Source: a phage
Direction: 5' to 3' (one strand)
Length of the DNA: 64,000 nucleotides
Sequence record: PZ357121.2
This document shows, piece after piece, positions 33,597 to 42,501 of this stretch. The notes under the pieces were generated by a model, which was given only the letters and a program-made list of their open reading frames with translations, was not told the origin of the DNA and did not search any database. The translations under genes and the position numbers were made by a program. Each line of letters begins with the position of its first letter. Position 1 is the stretch's first letter.

Positions 33597-34057
33597 TAAT
33601 AAAGGTCCTCTGAATAAAGTTCTTTCTCACTTCCGCCACGTTCAATACGTACCTGTCCAGCATACGTTGCAATAATCATTGCTTCTTCGCGAGTCCAGTA
33701 ATTAGAGTATTGGTCGATAAAGCCTTGGTCGTCACCACAAACTTGTTGCGAGACTAATTGAGGACCAACTATATCAAGTACTTCAGCCATATCTTTAGAG
33801 TAATGACGAACTCCAGGAATAACCAGAGTTCCACCACTCTTCAATTTAAACCTATTAGCTGCACATACTATAACACGTTGAACTTTTTGGTCATTATTCC
33901 AATAGCACGTTTGCCAACAGATTTCAGGAACTTCATTCATTATATCATCAGCAGAATAATTATAACCGTAGGACTGGAATTTTTCTGCTAGACTTTCAGG
34001 GGTCTCACGAGACAAGGCCAAATCTAATAGCTCTAAACGTTCTTTAAATGATTTCAT
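33596..34057 (-). CDS. hypothetical protein
   Basis: 153-aa ORF, stop/start overlap with neighbours. Confidence 0.5.
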   Translation of the reverse strand: MKSFKERLELLDLALSRETPESLAEKFQSYGYNYSADDIMNEVPEICWQTCYWNNDQKVQRVIVCAANRFKLKSGGTLVIPGVRHYSKDMAEVLDIVGPQLVSQQVCGDDQGFIDQYSNYWTREEAMIIATYAGQVRIERGGSEKELYSEDLY

Positions 34058-34398
34058 TTAAACCATTCCTTAATACGTTGCCAAATAGATTTTTGTGCTT
34101 GTTTATTTACACCAATCGAACGAATAACCGGTTGTGACTGCTGATATTCTTTATAATCTTCTTTATAGATTTCGTAAGCGGCATCAACAAATGAACTGAT
34201 CGCTGCCATAAAGTTTTTACGTATACCGCCAGGAGCTACTCCATTAGGGAATTCAGAATTTTCGCGAATAATTAAATATAACCCAGCTTTAACTTTAACT
34301 ATAGTTCCAAGATAAGCCCCGTGGTACCAAATATCCCATCCTTCCTGAGTAGGTTCTGCACATTTACGAAGTTCGTTAATAATATTCAGCTTATTCAT
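34054..34398 (-). CDS. hypothetical protein
   Basis: 114-aa ORF. Confidence 0.5.
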   Translation of the reverse strand: MNKLNIINELRKCAEPTQEGWDIWYHGAYLGTIVKVKAGLYLIIRENSEFPNGVAPGGIRKNFMAAISSFVDAAYEIYKEDYKEYQQSQPVIRSIGVNKQAQKSIWQRIKEWFK

Positions 34399-34408
34399 TA
34401 TGTATTCC

Positions 34409-35041
34409 TCACAGTACGTTAGTTACAAGGGTAATGATTTCTTTGGACACATTAGGGAAGTCAATGTAAGTATATTTACCACCGATCTTAATCTTAACAT
34501 CATTTTCAAGAGAAGTAAACAGCTTTGATTCAGTTTCTGACATGTTGTATGCAAAGATTCTAAGAGAACCATCTCGACGAATTTCGATCTGACGAATACC
34601 TAGAACTCGTTTTGCAAATCGAACTTCCAAGTTACTACGGTTTTCACCGATTTCTTTAACTTCAACTTTATCTTTAATATTTTCAAAAACAAAGTTTGCT
34701 AGTTCATGCATTTCAGGAGTAACTCCACGTGCTTTTCTGGTGTTACGTTTCTGAAGAAGTTCTGGAGCATTTTCTTGGGCAAAAAGGTCTGCAGCTTTTT
34801 GGATAATATCCATTGCTTCGCCTGTTGCTATAAGTCCATCACCAGATTTTTCGACTAAACCTTTCTTAATCAATACACCAATGTTAGAGTTAACAACCGA
34901 TGCATTGTATTCCGCTTCCAGAGCTTCACGGACATTGGCAGCAGTGGTGAAGTTGTTCTTAATGATATAAACCATTATTGCAGCAGTTTTTTCATTCAGA
35001 GCGTTTTCGGAAGCTTTGATGATGTAAGCAACTTTAGACAT
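34409..35041 (-). CDS. motA: middle-transcription activator MotA
   Basis: 210 aa (T4 MotA 211 aa), conserved N-terminus MSKVAYIIKAS... Confidence 0.8.
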   Translation of the reverse strand: MSKVAYIIKASENALNEKTAAIMVYIIKNNFTTAANVREALEAEYNASVVNSNIGVLIKKGLVEKSGDGLIATGEAMDIIQKAADLFAQENAPELLQKRNTRKARGVTPEMHELANFVFENIKDKVEVKEIGENRSNLEVRFAKRVLGIRQIEIRRDGSLRIFAYNMSETESKLFTSLENDVKIKIGGKYTYIDFPNVSKEIITLVTNVL

Positions 35042-35080
35042 TTTATTTCTCCAATTTGGTTGTTTTGTTTTGATAGGTCT

Positions 35081-35109
35081 ATAATATCATGTTTGAAGCA
35101 CATGTAAAC
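35081..35109 (-). promoter_or_regulatory. early promoter for motA
   Basis: Minus GTTTAC (plus 35104-35109), 17-nt spacer, TATTAT (plus 35081-35086). Confidence 0.45.
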
Positions 35110-35120
35110 TGTTTTGTGAG

Positions 35121-35152
35121 AAAAAAATGCACAAAAGGGAGCTTCGGCTCCC
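35121..35152 (-). terminator. intrinsic terminator downstream of gene 52
   Basis: gggagcttcggctccc (35137-35152) followed on the minus strand by TTTTGTGCATTTTTTT. Confidence 0.55.
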
Positions 35153-35228
35153 TAATCATGTTTGTCCAACCAATACAGCCAAATCACTAGTACAGCTATT
35201 GCACCGAGAAATCCTAAGGCTATGGCAC

Positions 35229-36554
35229 TCAAAGTGCCTCCAAGTCTTTAGTGTACTCTGTCACAACATCAGTAGACTTCCAATACTCATTTTCTTCTTT
35301 CTTAGCTTTAGCTTCTTCCGCTAGTTTACGTGCTTCGTCAGAAGTGATATGGAAGATGTTAAGGCCTACCAGTTTATCGACATGTTCTTTATACATTTCG
35401 ATTTGTGCTAGCTCTTCAGTCAAAGCTTTACGAGTCTTGCCCTGAATCACAATTTCGCCACTGATAACTTTTTTGATGAAGTGTGCCTTAGCAAAAGCCA
35501 GTTTAAATGCTTTTTCAGATTCAAGGATTTTGTTGTCAATACGTTTCTGAACGTAAGTCTTACGGACTTCAACAAAATCTTTGATTAAGTCCACTACATT
35601 ATCATAGACTGCTAATTTACCCTTTTCATTAATCACTGTGATGTTTTGTGAACGACGTTCGATGAGACTAAAATCTTTCATGATTTTTTCATGACGTAGC
35701 TCTTCATCATCAGGAAGCGAGTACTCTTTACGGAACTTCACCTTAAACCCAAAGCCGTGTTCACCGCAATCATCTTCCCATGAGATTAGACCTTTGTCTT
35801 CCAACGGGTCAAGAACCTTACTCACATACGTTTCACGGTCAAATTTATATGGGATTTCAGTTATCTGCATTTGAGTGCGAGATGTGAACTTATATGTTCC
35901 GTGAATCTCATAACGCCCATCAACTTCATGTACTTCACCACGGAATTCTGGGAATTCAACTTTTGGCTTAGTAACATTTTTACCTTGAAGAGCTTGTAAT
36001 ACAGCCTTTTTGACTGATTTAAAACTATGAGGCAGAATATTTGTTGCGTAACCGGTTGCAATACCAGAGACACCATTCAAAAGAACTGTCGGAATAATAG
36101 GAAGATAGAATTTTGGTGGAATGTGTTCTTTATCTTCATGAGCTGGAGCATATTCAGTATCTTTATATACGTTATAGAAATTTTTACTTACACGAGCAAA
36201 AATATAACGAGATGCTGCAGCTTTTTGGACTGTTCTAGAACCAAAGTTGCCTTGGCCATCTAACAGTGGATAGTTGTTGTTCCATGTGTTAGCCATCAAT
36301 GCACCTGCATCTTGTGCAGAGATTTCACCATGGTGATAACCTAAATCTGCAACACCGCCTGCAATTGACGCAAGTTTATGAAATTTTTCTTTATTACCAC
36401 GAGCCAAATCTAACGCACGATGAACCACAAAACGTTGAACCGGCTTAAATCCATCAATCATGTTTGGGATTGCACGGTTTTCAACGGTGTACATCGCATA
36501 TGCTAAGGCTTCGTTATCAATAATACTTTTTAGATTACGAGAATTCAATTGCAT
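35229..36554 (-). CDS. 52: DNA topoisomerase II medium subunit gp52
   Basis: 441 aa, GyrA-like N-terminus with active-site region (AMYTVENRAIPNMIDGFKPVQRF). Confidence 0.9.
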   Translation of the reverse strand: MQLNSRNLKSIIDNEALAYAMYTVENRAIPNMIDGFKPVQRFVVHRALDLARGNKEKFHKLASIAGGVADLGYHHGEISAQDAGALMANTWNNNYPLLDGQGNFGSRTVQKAAASRYIFARVSKNFYNVYKDTEYAPAHEDKEHIPPKFYLPIIPTVLLNGVSGIATGYATNILPHSFKSVKKAVLQALQGKNVTKPKVEFPEFRGEVHEVDGRYEIHGTYKFTSRTQMQITEIPYKFDRETYVSKVLDPLEDKGLISWEDDCGEHGFGFKVKFRKEYSLPDDEELRHEKIMKDFSLIERRSQNITVINEKGKLAVYDNVVDLIKDFVEVRKTYVQKRIDNKILESEKAFKLAFAKAHFIKKVISGEIVIQGKTRKALTEELAQIEMYKEHVDKLVGLNIFHITSDEARKLAEEAKAKKEENEYWKSTDVVTEYTKDLEAL

Positions 36555-36558
36555 ATTT

Positions 36559-36699
36559 TCACCATATTAATGAACGAATAACCATTATAACATCTGAAAT
36601 GAAAAGCACTACTTGGATTAGCCCAAACATCACACCGTAGTACAGAACCGTAAGCAAAAACAAGAGCCCGAAGGCTCCTGCTAAGATTTTCTTAATCAT
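36559..36699 (-). CDS. small hydrophobic peptide (46 aa), absent from the ORF track
   Basis: ATG at 36699 overlapping the stop of the upstream peptide (ATGA); single TM-like segment; stop 5 nt before the gene 52 ATG. Confidence 0.4.
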   Translation of the reverse strand: MIKKILAGAFGLLFLLTVLYYGVMFGLIQVVLFISDVIMVIRSLIW

Positions 36700-36845
36700 T
36701 GCTCGCCTTTTAATACGTTAAGAAGAGCTAAGACCGCTAAGGTACCTTGTGACACAGCCTGTTGAAATACTGTTGTTTCGCCTGTAACTAAAGTGTTAAC
36801 GAATAAAAACGACCAACACAGCAATGCAATAATCCATGCTACCAT
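36696..36845 (-). CDS. small hydrophobic peptide (49 aa), absent from the ORF track
   Basis: ATG at 36845 with GAGGTAATT RBS; predicted TM helix (MVAWIIALLCWSFLFVN); T4 has the 51-aa ac gene in this region. Confidence 0.4.
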   Translation of the reverse strand: MVAWIIALLCWSFLFVNTLVTGETTVFQQAVSQGTLAVLALLNVLKGEQ

Positions 36846-36897
36846 TTTAATTACCTCAAAAATAAATTAAAGGCCTAACTTAATAGGCCCGTATAAA

Positions 36898-37344
36898 TTA
36901 GTAACTCTGCAGAACGAATTTGAAATTATCTGCCAGAAGACGGTTCATTTCAGTGAGTGTTTGATATTCTGATGTATGATTGCGAGTGAATGCCAGAGCC
37001 AATTGTCCTTTACCATAACCAGTAGTCAGGGGTTTCATGTTCTTAGCTGCAACAAAGATTACATCATATTCAATATTGTTAGTGCCCATAGTACGGGCTA
37101 GTTGCGAACGGCCTTGACGAATGTGAGAAAGAATTGCATCCAACCCTTGTTTAGAACGTTGACGTCCTACAAAGAATCGTGCTGCTACTTGTCGCCAGTC
37201 AGATGAACCTTTAACAAAGAAGTAAAAACCTTCACGAGAACGAAACTCTTTAGAAACTTCAGAACCGTATTCGCCATTACGAACTACTGCAACAACTTCA
37301 CCGCCAACTGCCAGAAGGTCTTTACGAGTTAAATATTTGGACAT
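36898..37344 (-). CDS. ndd: nucleoid disruption protein Ndd
   Basis: 148 aa, high similarity to T4 Ndd as recalled (C-terminal ...[12 protein letters not shown]). Confidence 0.85.
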   Translation of the reverse strand: MSKYLTRKDLLAVGGEVVAVVRNGEYGSEVSKEFRSREGFYFFVKGSSDWRQVAARFFVGRQRSKQGLDAILSHIRQGRSQLARTMGTNNIEYDVIFVAAKNMKPLTTGYGKGQLALAFTRNHTSEYQTLTEMNRLLADNFKFVLQSY

Positions 37345-37381
37345 GCTAATTTCCTCAATTGATTAATGTTTTGTAATCCAT

Positions 37382-37417
37382 GAGAGCATTATACTCTGCT
37401 CTCAAGAGTTTGTACAA
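37382..37417 (-). promoter_or_regulatory. early promoter with hairpin cassette (second copy)
   Basis: gagagcattatactctgctctc; TATAAT on minus (plus 37388-37393) and TTGTAC -35; about 90 percent identical to the cassette at 8215-8249. Confidence 0.5.
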
Positions 37418-37419
37418 TT

Positions 37420-37620
37420 TTATTCGGTTATATCAGAACGTTCAAAAAGCTCTTCAACAGTTAAACATTCGGTGTCATCCTCAATAAAGAATCGGGTCCA
37501 ACACGTTGGGGCGATGCAGTTATGAGTTTGTCCGGCTATAGAAGCTACACGAATAAGCTGCTGACCATTATTCAGGACAAATTTTTCACCAATTTCAACA
37601 TCTTTAAAAAGCTTAGCCAT
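37420..37620 (-). CDS. hypothetical protein
   Basis: 66-aa ORF with two CxxC-like pairs. Confidence 0.5.
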   Translation of the reverse strand: MAKLFKDVEIGEKFVLNNGQQLIRVASIAGQTHNCIAPTCWTRFFIEDDTECLTVEELFERSDITE

Positions 37621-37680
37621 TTTGTATTCCTCGTGTTTTGATAGGACTACTATACCATAATCCTACCTTGATGTAAACAA

Positions 37681-37791
37681 TTAAATTACATTAAAATATG
37701 TCAAAGCCAACCATGTTCCAGTGAACGAACATGCGATGTAAAACCCCGTATCACAAATTGTTCTTAGTACAATAAGAAGTGCATTTTTCAT
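37681..37791 (-). CDS. small hydrophobic peptide (36 aa)
   Basis: ATG at 37791 with GAGGTA RBS, translationally coupled (ATGA) to the upstream 28-aa peptide. Confidence 0.35.
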   Translation of the reverse strand: MKNALLIVLRTICDTGFYIACSFTGTWLALTYFNVI

Positions 37792-37874
37792 AAGTACCTC
37801 AATACAATTGAAAATATTATACAAATCATAGGGATACTAAGCAACCATATTCCGATCCACATTTTAGAGCTCAT
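37788..37874 (-). CDS. small hydrophobic peptide (28 aa)
   Basis: ATG overlapping the stop of ORF 37871-38134; sequence MSSKMWIGIWLLSIPMICIIFSIVLRYL. Confidence 0.35.
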   Translation of the reverse strand: MSSKMWIGIWLLSIPMICIIFSIVLRYL

Positions 37875-38134
37875 ATCTCAACTTCCGCGAGTTCCATATA
37901 TCCTTTGTTGATAACCTCTTTAAGGTCTTTAGAAAGAATAACACTAAAATGGTCGTTCATATGTCCATTAACCAGACGAGTTATTTCGGCTTCAGATGAC
38001 ATATAAGGCACGTCTGAGTCCCAATGAGATAGACCCAAATGGGTATAAATCATCCCTTCGTCATCTGCAGTGTTGTACATTGAAACAAATTCGCCTGTTA
38101 CTTTATGTTTTGCGTAGAAAAATTTAAATTTCAT
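37871..38134 (-). CDS. hypothetical protein
   Basis: 87-aa ORF. Confidence 0.5.
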   Translation of the reverse strand: MKFKFFYAKHKVTGEFVSMYNTADDEGMIYTHLGLSHWDSDVPYMSSEAEITRLVNGHMNDHFSVILSKDLKEVINKGYMELAEVEI

Positions 38135-38202
38135 GATGTTATCCTCTTTTAGATAGGACTACTATATCATAGTCCTACTTAGTTGTAAACACTTTTATGA
38201 AA

Positions 38203-38823
38203 TTAAAGTTGAAGATACCACCCGTTGTAGTTGCTCTTGCGGACGATTTTCTTTAGGTCTTCATGGTCTCCCACGAACTTTATAGAATAAGAGAAGACGT
38301 CAGGTGAGGTTTCTTTGACATCTAATATAATAATGCAATCTGCGACTCGATGGTTCAAGAAGGGCCCTATGTTGATTCCGTTGCCGCCTGGATAATCACC
38401 ACTGTATCCTGTGGTAACAGAAATCCATTTAGAATCCATCTGATGTGTCTTGACTTCTACACGAATTCCACAATATTTGGGATGGGCCAACACGTCCCAT
38501 GCATACGTGTACGGGTCTTCTACGTCTTCAATACCTTTATTAACATATCCGTCTAGCCAATTTGCTACTACATACTCTGCAAAGACTGCAACCTTACAAC
38601 GTCGAACTACATCTTCTTTGTTTTGGTCTGGATTTTGGCTCAACGAATATCGAGCAGTGTCAGCAATCTTCACCTTCATTTCACTAGTCAAAAACTCATT
38701 CGACAGGATAAATGTCGGAAGACTCTTCAGTCTCAACAATCCCAAGTTCGTCTTTACCATAGATACCTCTGATGTGTAGTTCGCCAAAATAAATGCGGTC
38801 ACCTTCTTCAAGATATTCTGCAT
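38203..38823 (-). CDS. hypothetical protein in the denB position (possible nuclease)
   Basis: ORF in the position of T4 denB upstream of ndd; the track start is probably over-extended (internal ATG near 38679). Confidence 0.4.
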   Translation of the reverse strand: MQNILKKVTAFILANYTSEVSMVKTNLGLLRLKSLPTFILSNEFLTSEMKVKIADTARYSLSQNPDQNKEDVVRRCKVAVFAEYVVANWLDGYVNKGIEDVEDPYTYAWDVLAHPKYCGIRVEVKTHQMDSKWISVTTGYSGDYPGGNGINIGPFLNHRVADCIIILDVKETSPDVFSYSIKFVGDHEDLKKIVRKSNYNGWYLQL

Positions 38824-38983
38824 CTACCGGTGGGATTTCAATAACAACTTCGTCGCATTCTAACCAGCCGTAGTGTGCATCACCAGGATGTTTTACCAAT
38901 TTAGCACAATAAACTGATTTACACTTATGATGACCACGAAGATTAGCAATTTTGGATTCTGACACGTCAAATGGATGAATCAT
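38696..38983 (-). CDS. hypothetical protein
   Basis: Track ORF 38696-39022 runs into the rIIB terminator; ATG at 38983 with AGGGG RBS gives about 95 aa. Confidence 0.4.
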   Translation of the reverse strand: MIHPFDVSESKIANLRGHHKCKSVYCAKLVKHPGDAHYGWLECDEVVIEIPPVDAEYLEEGDRIYFGELHIRGIYGKDELGIVETEESSDIYPVE

Positions 38984-38994
38984 AATTACCCCTA

Positions 38995-39020
38995 AAGAAA
39001 AAAGGGGGACCGAAGTCCCC
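38995..39020 (-). terminator. intrinsic terminator downstream of rIIB
   Basis: ggggaccgaagtcccc followed on the minus strand by CTTTTTTTCTTT. Confidence 0.6.
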
Positions 39021-39025
39021 AATTA

Positions 39026-39973
39026 TTATTCTGCAAATAATTCAGTAACATCTGAAATTACTTCATAACGGCAAGTACGCATCTTAGCATCACCATAGTC
39101 AACTGGGATGGATACAACATCACGTGGATGAACTTTAACTTTCACAACTTTATCTGAGCTTGAACCAAAGTGGCGAATATAAGATTTAGCACAAACGTGG
39201 AGACCGCGAGAACAGGTTTGAGTATCATCGTCATTAACTCGAGTACGAGGCATTGAAACAACTTTACCTGGGGAGTTATCAAATGTACCACTATAGCAGT
39301 CTAAATAGTCCTTACGAACTACTTTCCATGCATAGAAATACCCATCTTCAGTGATTTCAATATCATTTGCAACCAAGAAGTCGAATAAACGTTGTACAGC
39401 TTTTTCGCTTGGGTTTTCTAACAGGTTTTCAAGGAACGGCAGATAGAATTTAAAGTCTTCACCTTTTTCCATGGAATCAATAATACGATTAACCAGTCCT
39501 GAACGAATTTCTATACCTTGATAAAATAAACTACCACCTTCAATAGTAACATTACCATCAACAAACTTACTAATAGCTTTCTTGATGTTAATAAGTTCGA
39601 CAGCTTTACTAAGGTTTCCTGCGACCAGATTAGCTTTAATTTCTTCAAAATTTGCATGACTTGATGGGGTCGCATTGTATGCTACGCGTCCTTCAATAAT
39701 TGAAATAAATTTAGATGACGCGTTCCATACGATTTCAGGACGATGTCCGCCGATAATAGGTTCATCATTTTCTGGAACTTCTTCGATTACATAAGAGGCA
39801 TCGTTTGCTTCAGGGACAACGCCTTCTGCTTTAAAATTCTTAACAATCTTACGAAGAGTATCTGTTGAAATGTCGAAGTAATCGGCAATTTCTTTACGAG
39901 TCCATTTGCCTGATTCAACCAGGCCGTAAGCTTCTAACTGTTCTTCTTGGGACAAGCATTTGATATTGTACAT
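39026..39973 (-). CDS. rIIB: rIIB
   Basis: 315 aa, high similarity to T4 rIIB (MYNIKCL..., C-terminal half nearly identical). Confidence 0.9.
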   Translation of the reverse strand: MYNIKCLSQEEQLEAYGLVESGKWTRKEIADYFDISTDTLRKIVKNFKAEGVVPEANDASYVIEEVPENDEPIIGGHRPEIVWNASSKFISIIEGRVAYNATPSSHANFEEIKANLVAGNLSKAVELINIKKAISKFVDGNVTIEGGSLFYQGIEIRSGLVNRIIDSMEKGEDFKFYLPFLENLLENPSEKAVQRLFDFLVANDIEITEDGYFYAWKVVRKDYLDCYSGTFDNSPGKVVSMPRTRVNDDDTQTCSRGLHVCAKSYIRHFGSSSDKVVKVKVHPRDVVSIPVDYGDAKMRTCRYEVISDVTELFAE

Positions 39974-39982
39974 AATGTTTCC

Positions 39983-42196
39983 TTATTTGGCCGCTTCCAC
40001 GGCCTTCATGAATTTAACGATTTGAGCGACCTGTTCTTTAGAAAGAGTACCACGTCGTCCCATGTATTCTGACACAATATGATAATTGGTTTCGAATTCA
40101 ATAACCATTTTATCATCATTATCGTAAGCATTATCTTTAAGCTTATCGAAAATTTTAGCACACAATTCTAACTTCCTGTTCAGGTCTCTGTTTTCAGCAC
40201 CTGCGAATCGATTCCATCCCCAACGATTATTTACTGTTGAGAGTTTTGCAAAATCTTTACTGATTTCTTTGTTTTTAGAGCTAAAATACTTACTAAGGAA
40301 GTTAAGCTCTTCATTACGAGTAATATGATTCAAATAAGGCTGTGCTCTACGACTTGGTGATACATACTCATCATAATCCACTTTATCGATTAGCGTAATA
40401 TAGTCATTAATTGATTTTTCGAACAAGCATTCTACTTCACCAAGTTTACGAACTTTCTTAGCAATCTGTGGACGAACTACAGTGAACTCTTTAATACCTG
40501 ACAAATCAGCAATACGAGTCAAGAAATTGGAGTCATAGTTCAACCAACCTTTATCTGCGTCAAGACATTCAGCGTTAGAACGATTACGAACTATAGCATA
40601 ACCTTGGATTTCATCTGCTTCACTTGCCGGAATAAAGAGGTCTTCTGATACCCAAACATCGTTTTCATTCTTAAAGAATCGATGAGCACTTGGCGATTTA
40701 GGACGAGGCTCATTAGTCCGTTTCCTGACTTCAATCCATGGCTTAACGATTTGTAAAAGCTCTGAAGTCTTGTACATGTTAATGTTGTCGCCATCAAAGA
40801 TAACTTTAAGGCGTTCCAGAAGTTTCATTGCATCTTCGTCTGTAGGGTCAACGAATAGTACGCTTTTACCAAAACCGCGTGGAACTTTACCAGTTAATTT
40901 AACCTCGTCTTTAGACATTTCAATTGAATTAAGAGCTCGCATTAATGGAACGCGTCCCTTAACGTCGTCAATAACGATTTCAACATTTTTAATGTTAATG
41001 CCAATCAGGCTGTTAATTGAAATGGTCGATGATGAGCTACCACTTTCACGAATACGACGAAGACGAGGGGATTCAACGATATCATATACGACGCCAAGAT
41101 TACACCACTCAGGCCCCATTTTAAAACGTTTGTACAACTCAGAATAAGTTAGTTGTTCTTTAGAGTATTTCAGTGATTCAATATTAGACCCGGCCTTTTC
41201 CATGTATTTACGAGCTGTATAGCCAAGAGAATCAATTTCACGGAACACATGACGTGGGTATTTACAATCAATCCATTTCTTAGAATCTTCAGCAAATAAT
41301 TTTGCATCGATTTCTGCAACACGTTTATGGATATTTGCTACTGTACGTTTATCAAATGACAATGCTTCACGAGACGGGGCGACATCTAGTTCACCCATAG
41401 GGAATTTAATATAAGCTGTAGTGCATCGCGTCATCATCCATGTTTGTTCTTTAATAACACTTCCGATTGGATATACAATACCACCGTAAACGGCCATGAT
41501 ATTACCACGTTCACCCCATGGAGCTTCCTTGGCCAAATATACATCGTCAAATTCAGGAAAGTATTTAATATCTTTAACACCACGAACTTCTGCAATATCA
41601 CCTAGAGGACGCATAACATATGCAATTTCAGATGCGAACTTTTCAAAATCTTCTGGGTTAACAGGCACAACTACTTCAACGCCAGTCCGGTCATCAGGAC
41701 CCATCTTATCTACGAAGGTCGGCTTAATCTGTGGACCACTGTCATCTTGATAAATTACATAACCACGAACTTCACCGTTGTGATAAGACGTAAGGTTAAA
41801 CGTATCGGTATATGCTAGTGGAGCTTTAGAGCCTAGTCCGAATCCACCAATGAAATCATTACTCGATGTTTTAGTTGAAGCAAAATATGAGTTATAGATT
41901 CCTGGCTCTTCGTCATTACCTCGAATGGTGAAATCACTCATACCAGGACCAAAGTCTCGAACTACAAAACGTGGGTCTAAACGACCTGGAGCCTGAACAA
42001 TAAACTTATCAGTGCAACCATTAAGAATTTGTCCATCGATACAGTTTGTGATTAATTCACGTACACAAGCCAATTCTTTGTTTGTATAAAGGTCATTAGA
42101 CAAAATCTTATAAACTTTACTATTGCCTTGAATAGTAAATGCTGTGCTCTTACCGCCTGAACCAATAATCGTTTCTTTAGCCGTTTCAATAATCAT
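39983..42196 (-). CDS. rIIA: rIIA
   Basis: 737 aa, N-terminus MIIETAKETIIGSGGKSTAF as in T4 rIIA. Confidence 0.9.
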   Translation of the reverse strand: MIIETAKETIIGSGGKSTAFTIQGNSKVYKILSNDLYTNKELACVRELITNCIDGQILNGCTDKFIVQAPGRLDPRFVVRDFGPGMSDFTIRGNDEEPGIYNSYFASTKTSSNDFIGGFGLGSKAPLAYTDTFNLTSYHNGEVRGYVIYQDDSGPQIKPTFVDKMGPDDRTGVEVVVPVNPEDFEKFASEIAYVMRPLGDIAEVRGVKDIKYFPEFDDVYLAKEAPWGERGNIMAVYGGIVYPIGSVIKEQTWMMTRCTTAYIKFPMGELDVAPSREALSFDKRTVANIHKRVAEIDAKLFAEDSKKWIDCKYPRHVFREIDSLGYTARKYMEKAGSNIESLKYSKEQLTYSELYKRFKMGPEWCNLGVVYDIVESPRLRRIRESGSSSSTISINSLIGINIKNVEIVIDDVKGRVPLMRALNSIEMSKDEVKLTGKVPRGFGKSVLFVDPTDEDAMKLLERLKVIFDGDNINMYKTSELLQIVKPWIEVRKRTNEPRPKSPSAHRFFKNENDVWVSEDLFIPASEADEIQGYAIVRNRSNAECLDADKGWLNYDSNFLTRIADLSGIKEFTVVRPQIAKKVRKLGEVECLFEKSINDYITLIDKVDYDEYVSPSRRAQPYLNHITRNEELNFLSKYFSSKNKEISKDFAKLSTVNNRWGWNRFAGAENRDLNRKLELCAKIFDKLKDNAYDNDDKMVIEFETNYHIVSEYMGRRGTLSKEQVAQIVKFMKAVEAAK

Positions 42197-42208
42197 ATTT
42201 TTCTCTCA

Positions 42209-42409
42209 TCACAAGTTACGTTTAAAAATTTCTGCTACTTCAAGAAGTTCTTCTTTAGTAGCTGTATCGGTTTGTATTTTATATCGAATTTCCTTAAAGC
42301 GTTCTTTAAAGGCTTCGGCTGATTCGATATCAAAAAATCTTTGGATAAGCCGGAATTCCCGGAGCACTGCTTTATCAAAAAGTTCCAAGTCCACGTTATA
42401 TGTTCTCAT
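42209..42409 (-). CDS. hypothetical protein (rIIA.1 position)
   Basis: 66-aa ORF immediately upstream of rIIA. Confidence 0.55.
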   Translation of the reverse strand: MRTYNVDLELFDKAVLREFRLIQRFFDIESAEAFKERFKEIRYKIQTDTATKEELLEVAEIFKRNL

Positions 42410-42501
42410 AATATTCTCTTCAGTAGATTCCTAGGGCACTATTACTAAAGACCATATAATCTATCATCTTATGTGTAATAGTGCCTCAGGCGATTCAGGA
42501 T

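Noticed and set aside
36664-36677. Terminator-like hairpin gagcccgaaggctc
   Set aside because: It lies inside the coding sequence of the small hydrophobic ORF (codons for G-A-F-G-L), so the palindrome is probably incidental.
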